This document shows, piece by piece, positions 62,303 through 64,000 of a stretch of 64,000 nucleotides of DNA (within the stretch, counting starts at the first letter, position 1; every line of letters begins with the position of its first letter). The notes under the pieces were generated by a model. It had not been told where the DNA came from, did no database searches, and saw nothing but the letters and a program-made list of their open reading frames with translations. The translations under genes and the position numbers were made by a program. Source of the DNA: Methanomassiliicoccaceae archaeon UBA72 (lineage in GTDB: Archaea > Thermoplasmatota > Thermoplasmata > Methanomassiliicoccales > Methanomethylophilaceae); the NCBI GenBank assembly GCA_002509405.1, contig DAVO01000012.1, positions 4,009 to 68,008 on the forward strand, in the 5' to 3' direction.

Positions 62303-63073
62303 ATGCGGGCCGCACTTTACACGAGGGTGTCGACTGAAGATCAGGCCAGAGAAGGTTACTCCCTCGACGCACAGATGAAGCGTCTGGAGGCCTACTGCCA
62401 GGTCAGAGGATGGGACATCGGGGGCAAGTACAGGGACGAGGGGTTCTCAGGAAGGGACACTGATCGTCCGGAATACCGCAGGATGTTTTCAGAATCTGAG
62501 TCCTGGGACATCCTTCTCGTGCTGAAGATGGACCGTATCCACAGGAACAGCGTGAACTTCACGCTGATGATGGACGAGCTGAGGAAGCACGGCAAAGAAT
62601 TCAACTCGATGCAGGAGAAGTTCGACACTACCACCGCAATGGGCCGTTTCGTAATGGACATCATGCAACGCATCGCCCAGCTCGAAAGCGAGCAGATCGG
62701 AGAGAGGGTCAAGATCGGGATGATGCAGAAGGCCCAGTTCGGAACCGGCCCCATGGGGTCCGGCCACCCTTACGGATACGTTTATTCCAGAGGCATCCTC
62801 GAAGTGGTGGAGGACGAGGCATACACCGTGAAGGCGATATACCGCCTATACAACGAAGGCTCTTCGATGGAGGATATCGCGGACTCCCTCAACCGTGCCA
62901 GGATCCCCGCCAAGAAAGGAGGCGCCTGGAACAGGCAGTCGATATGCAACATACTCCACAACCCCATCTACTTAGGATATATCGAATGGGACGGGATCGT
63001 CAGGGAAGGCGGTCACATGGCGATAATCGACAAAGAAGCCTATGAGGCAGTGAACGGGCCTTTCAATGGATGA
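62303..63073 (+). CDS. Serine recombinase (resolvase catalytic domain plus recombinase domain, short form)
   Basis: AALYTRVSTEDQ contains the catalytic Ser. DRIHRNS, GRFVMDIMQRIAQLESEQIGERV and a recombinase-domain segment (YGY...AYTVKAIYRLY...GGAWNRQSICNILHNPIYLG) also match. Confidence 0.85.
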   Translation: MRAALYTRVSTEDQAREGYSLDAQMKRLEAYCQVRGWDIGGKYRDEGFSGRDTDRPEYRRMFSESESWDILLVLKMDRIHRNSVNFTLMMDELRKHGKEFNSMQEKFDTTTAMGRFVMDIMQRIAQLESEQIGERVKIGMMQKAQFGTGPMGSGHPYGYVYSRGILEVVEDEAYTVKAIYRLYNEGSSMEDIADSLNRARIPAKKGGAWNRQSICNILHNPIYLGYIEWDGIVREGGHMAIIDKEAYEAVNGPFNG

Positions 63074-63932
63074 AGACAAGAACTACCGGGCCGCGATATA
63101 CGTTCGCGTTTCTACAGACGAGCAGGCACAGGACGGATACTCTCTGAATGCGCAGAAGGAGATGCTGACCAACTACTGCATTTCCCAGGGCTGGAACATT
63201 GCGAAGTTCTACGAGGACGACGGATATTCCGGAAGGACCGTGAAACGTCCCGCTTATGCGAAGATGATCGAAGAGTCGGACCTCTGGGACGTAATGCTCG
63301 TGGTAAAGATAGACCGCATCCACAGGAACAGCCGCAACTTCATGGAGATGATGGAGGACATCAGCTCCAAGGGCAAGATGTTCGTCTCTTCGACGGAGGC
63401 ATTGGACACCACGAACGCACTGGGGAGGTTCGTGGTGGACATGATACAGCGTATCGCGCAGCTGGAAAGCGAGCAGATCGGCGAGCGCACATACTTCGGC
63501 ATGCGCGAGAAGGCCGAGAATCTGGAAAACGATGCGTCGGAAAAGAAGACGATGGGTTTCAATCCTCCCTTCGGCTACCGCATAAACAACGGGGCCCTCG
63601 AAGCCGTGAGCGACGAGCTGGACGTGGCAGAGAACATATTTTTCCAGTATTATGACGGAAGGACCATCGACGAGATATGCAGCAATCTCAACGAAGAAGA
63701 GACCCTGACAAGAAAAGGCAACATCTGGAACAAGTTCAACCTGAGCAACATCCTCCACAACCCGGTCTATGCGGGATACATGAGGTGGGAGGACATCCTG
63801 ATACGCCACGAAGCCCACACGGCAGTATCGCCGGAGCTTTTCAACAGGGTGCAGGAGATCATGGCGTCAAAAGTGAAGGACCCCTCGAAGAGGAACGTCC
63901 TTTTGGTGCCGGTGATCGGCGAGCAGAATTAA
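63066..63932 (+). CDS. Serine recombinase, paralogue of the preceding gene
   Basis: AAIYVRVSTDEQ, DRIHRNS and GRFVVDMIQRIAQLESEQIGERT match, as does the recombinase-domain segment (FGYRI...NIWNKFNLSNILHNPVYAGY). The gene overlaps the upstream gene by 8 nt. Confidence 0.85.
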   Translation: MDEDKNYRAAIYVRVSTDEQAQDGYSLNAQKEMLTNYCISQGWNIAKFYEDDGYSGRTVKRPAYAKMIEESDLWDVMLVVKIDRIHRNSRNFMEMMEDISSKGKMFVSSTEALDTTNALGRFVVDMIQRIAQLESEQIGERTYFGMREKAENLENDASEKKTMGFNPPFGYRINNGALEAVSDELDVAENIFFQYYDGRTIDEICSNLNEEETLTRKGNIWNKFNLSNILHNPVYAGYMRWEDILIRHEAHTAVSPELFNRVQEIMASKVKDPSKRNVLLVPVIGEQN

Positions 63933-64000
63933 TGTAAAAAAGTCGAGCGCAGAGGCCGGGCGCAGGGGCGGTTCGAGGGATGGGAAAGCCGCCTTAATAC

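Larger units (their letters stand above)
62066..64000. mobile_element. Possible edge of an integrated element (AT-rich junction plus tandem serine recombinases); its extent beyond the window is unknown
   Basis: Composition drops sharply after the thermosome terminator, a palindrome is present, and two recombinase genes follow. No att repeats or element cargo are visible within the window. Confidence 0.35.

Overview
This is a densely coding, GC-rich segment of an archaeal chromosome. I call 56 protein genes and found no rRNA, tRNA or CRISPR array. The archaeal assignment rests on a thermosome, archaeal DnaG, Trm1, an Hjc-like resolvase, class V FBP aldolase/phosphatase, archaeal riboflavin synthase with RibL, Nre, and archaeal GluRS and AspRS. 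Several bacterial-type modules sit among these: AddAB-like helicase-nuclease, XseAB, PPK1/PPX, FeoB, TrkAH and a YhaO/YhaN-like Mre11/Rad50 pair. Together with corrinoid amidation genes and the stop-codon usage, this suggests a Thermoplasmata or Methanomassiliicoccales-like organism; that lineage call is inference only. Many adjacent genes overlap by 1 to 4 nt (ATGA or TGATG junctions), and many starts lie about 25 nt downstream of a TATA-like box, which suggests leaderless mRNAs. The points most worth a second look are these. (1) The aspartyl-tRNA synthetase gene is intact except for one in-frame TAG. By my reading, the 56 called genes end in TGA 44 times, TAA 11 times and TAG once, which is the pattern expected where UAG is at least partly a sense (pyrrolysine) codon. 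(2) A compact ABC-ATPase plus DUF4435/Toprim pair resembles PARIS (AriA/AriB) or split-OLD immunity. (3) An AddB/AddA-like helicase-nuclease pair lies in a block of five consecutive TAA-terminated genes, bracketed by an active DEDDh exonuclease and a catalytically dead paralogue. (4) An Mre11-like nuclease is paired with a Rad50-like ATPase that has a transmembrane hairpin where a zinc hook would be. (5) Two overlapping serine recombinase genes follow an AT-rich junction and probably mark the edge of an integrated element that leaves the window. Coordinates of non-ORF features were hand-indexed and may be off by 1 to 2 nt.
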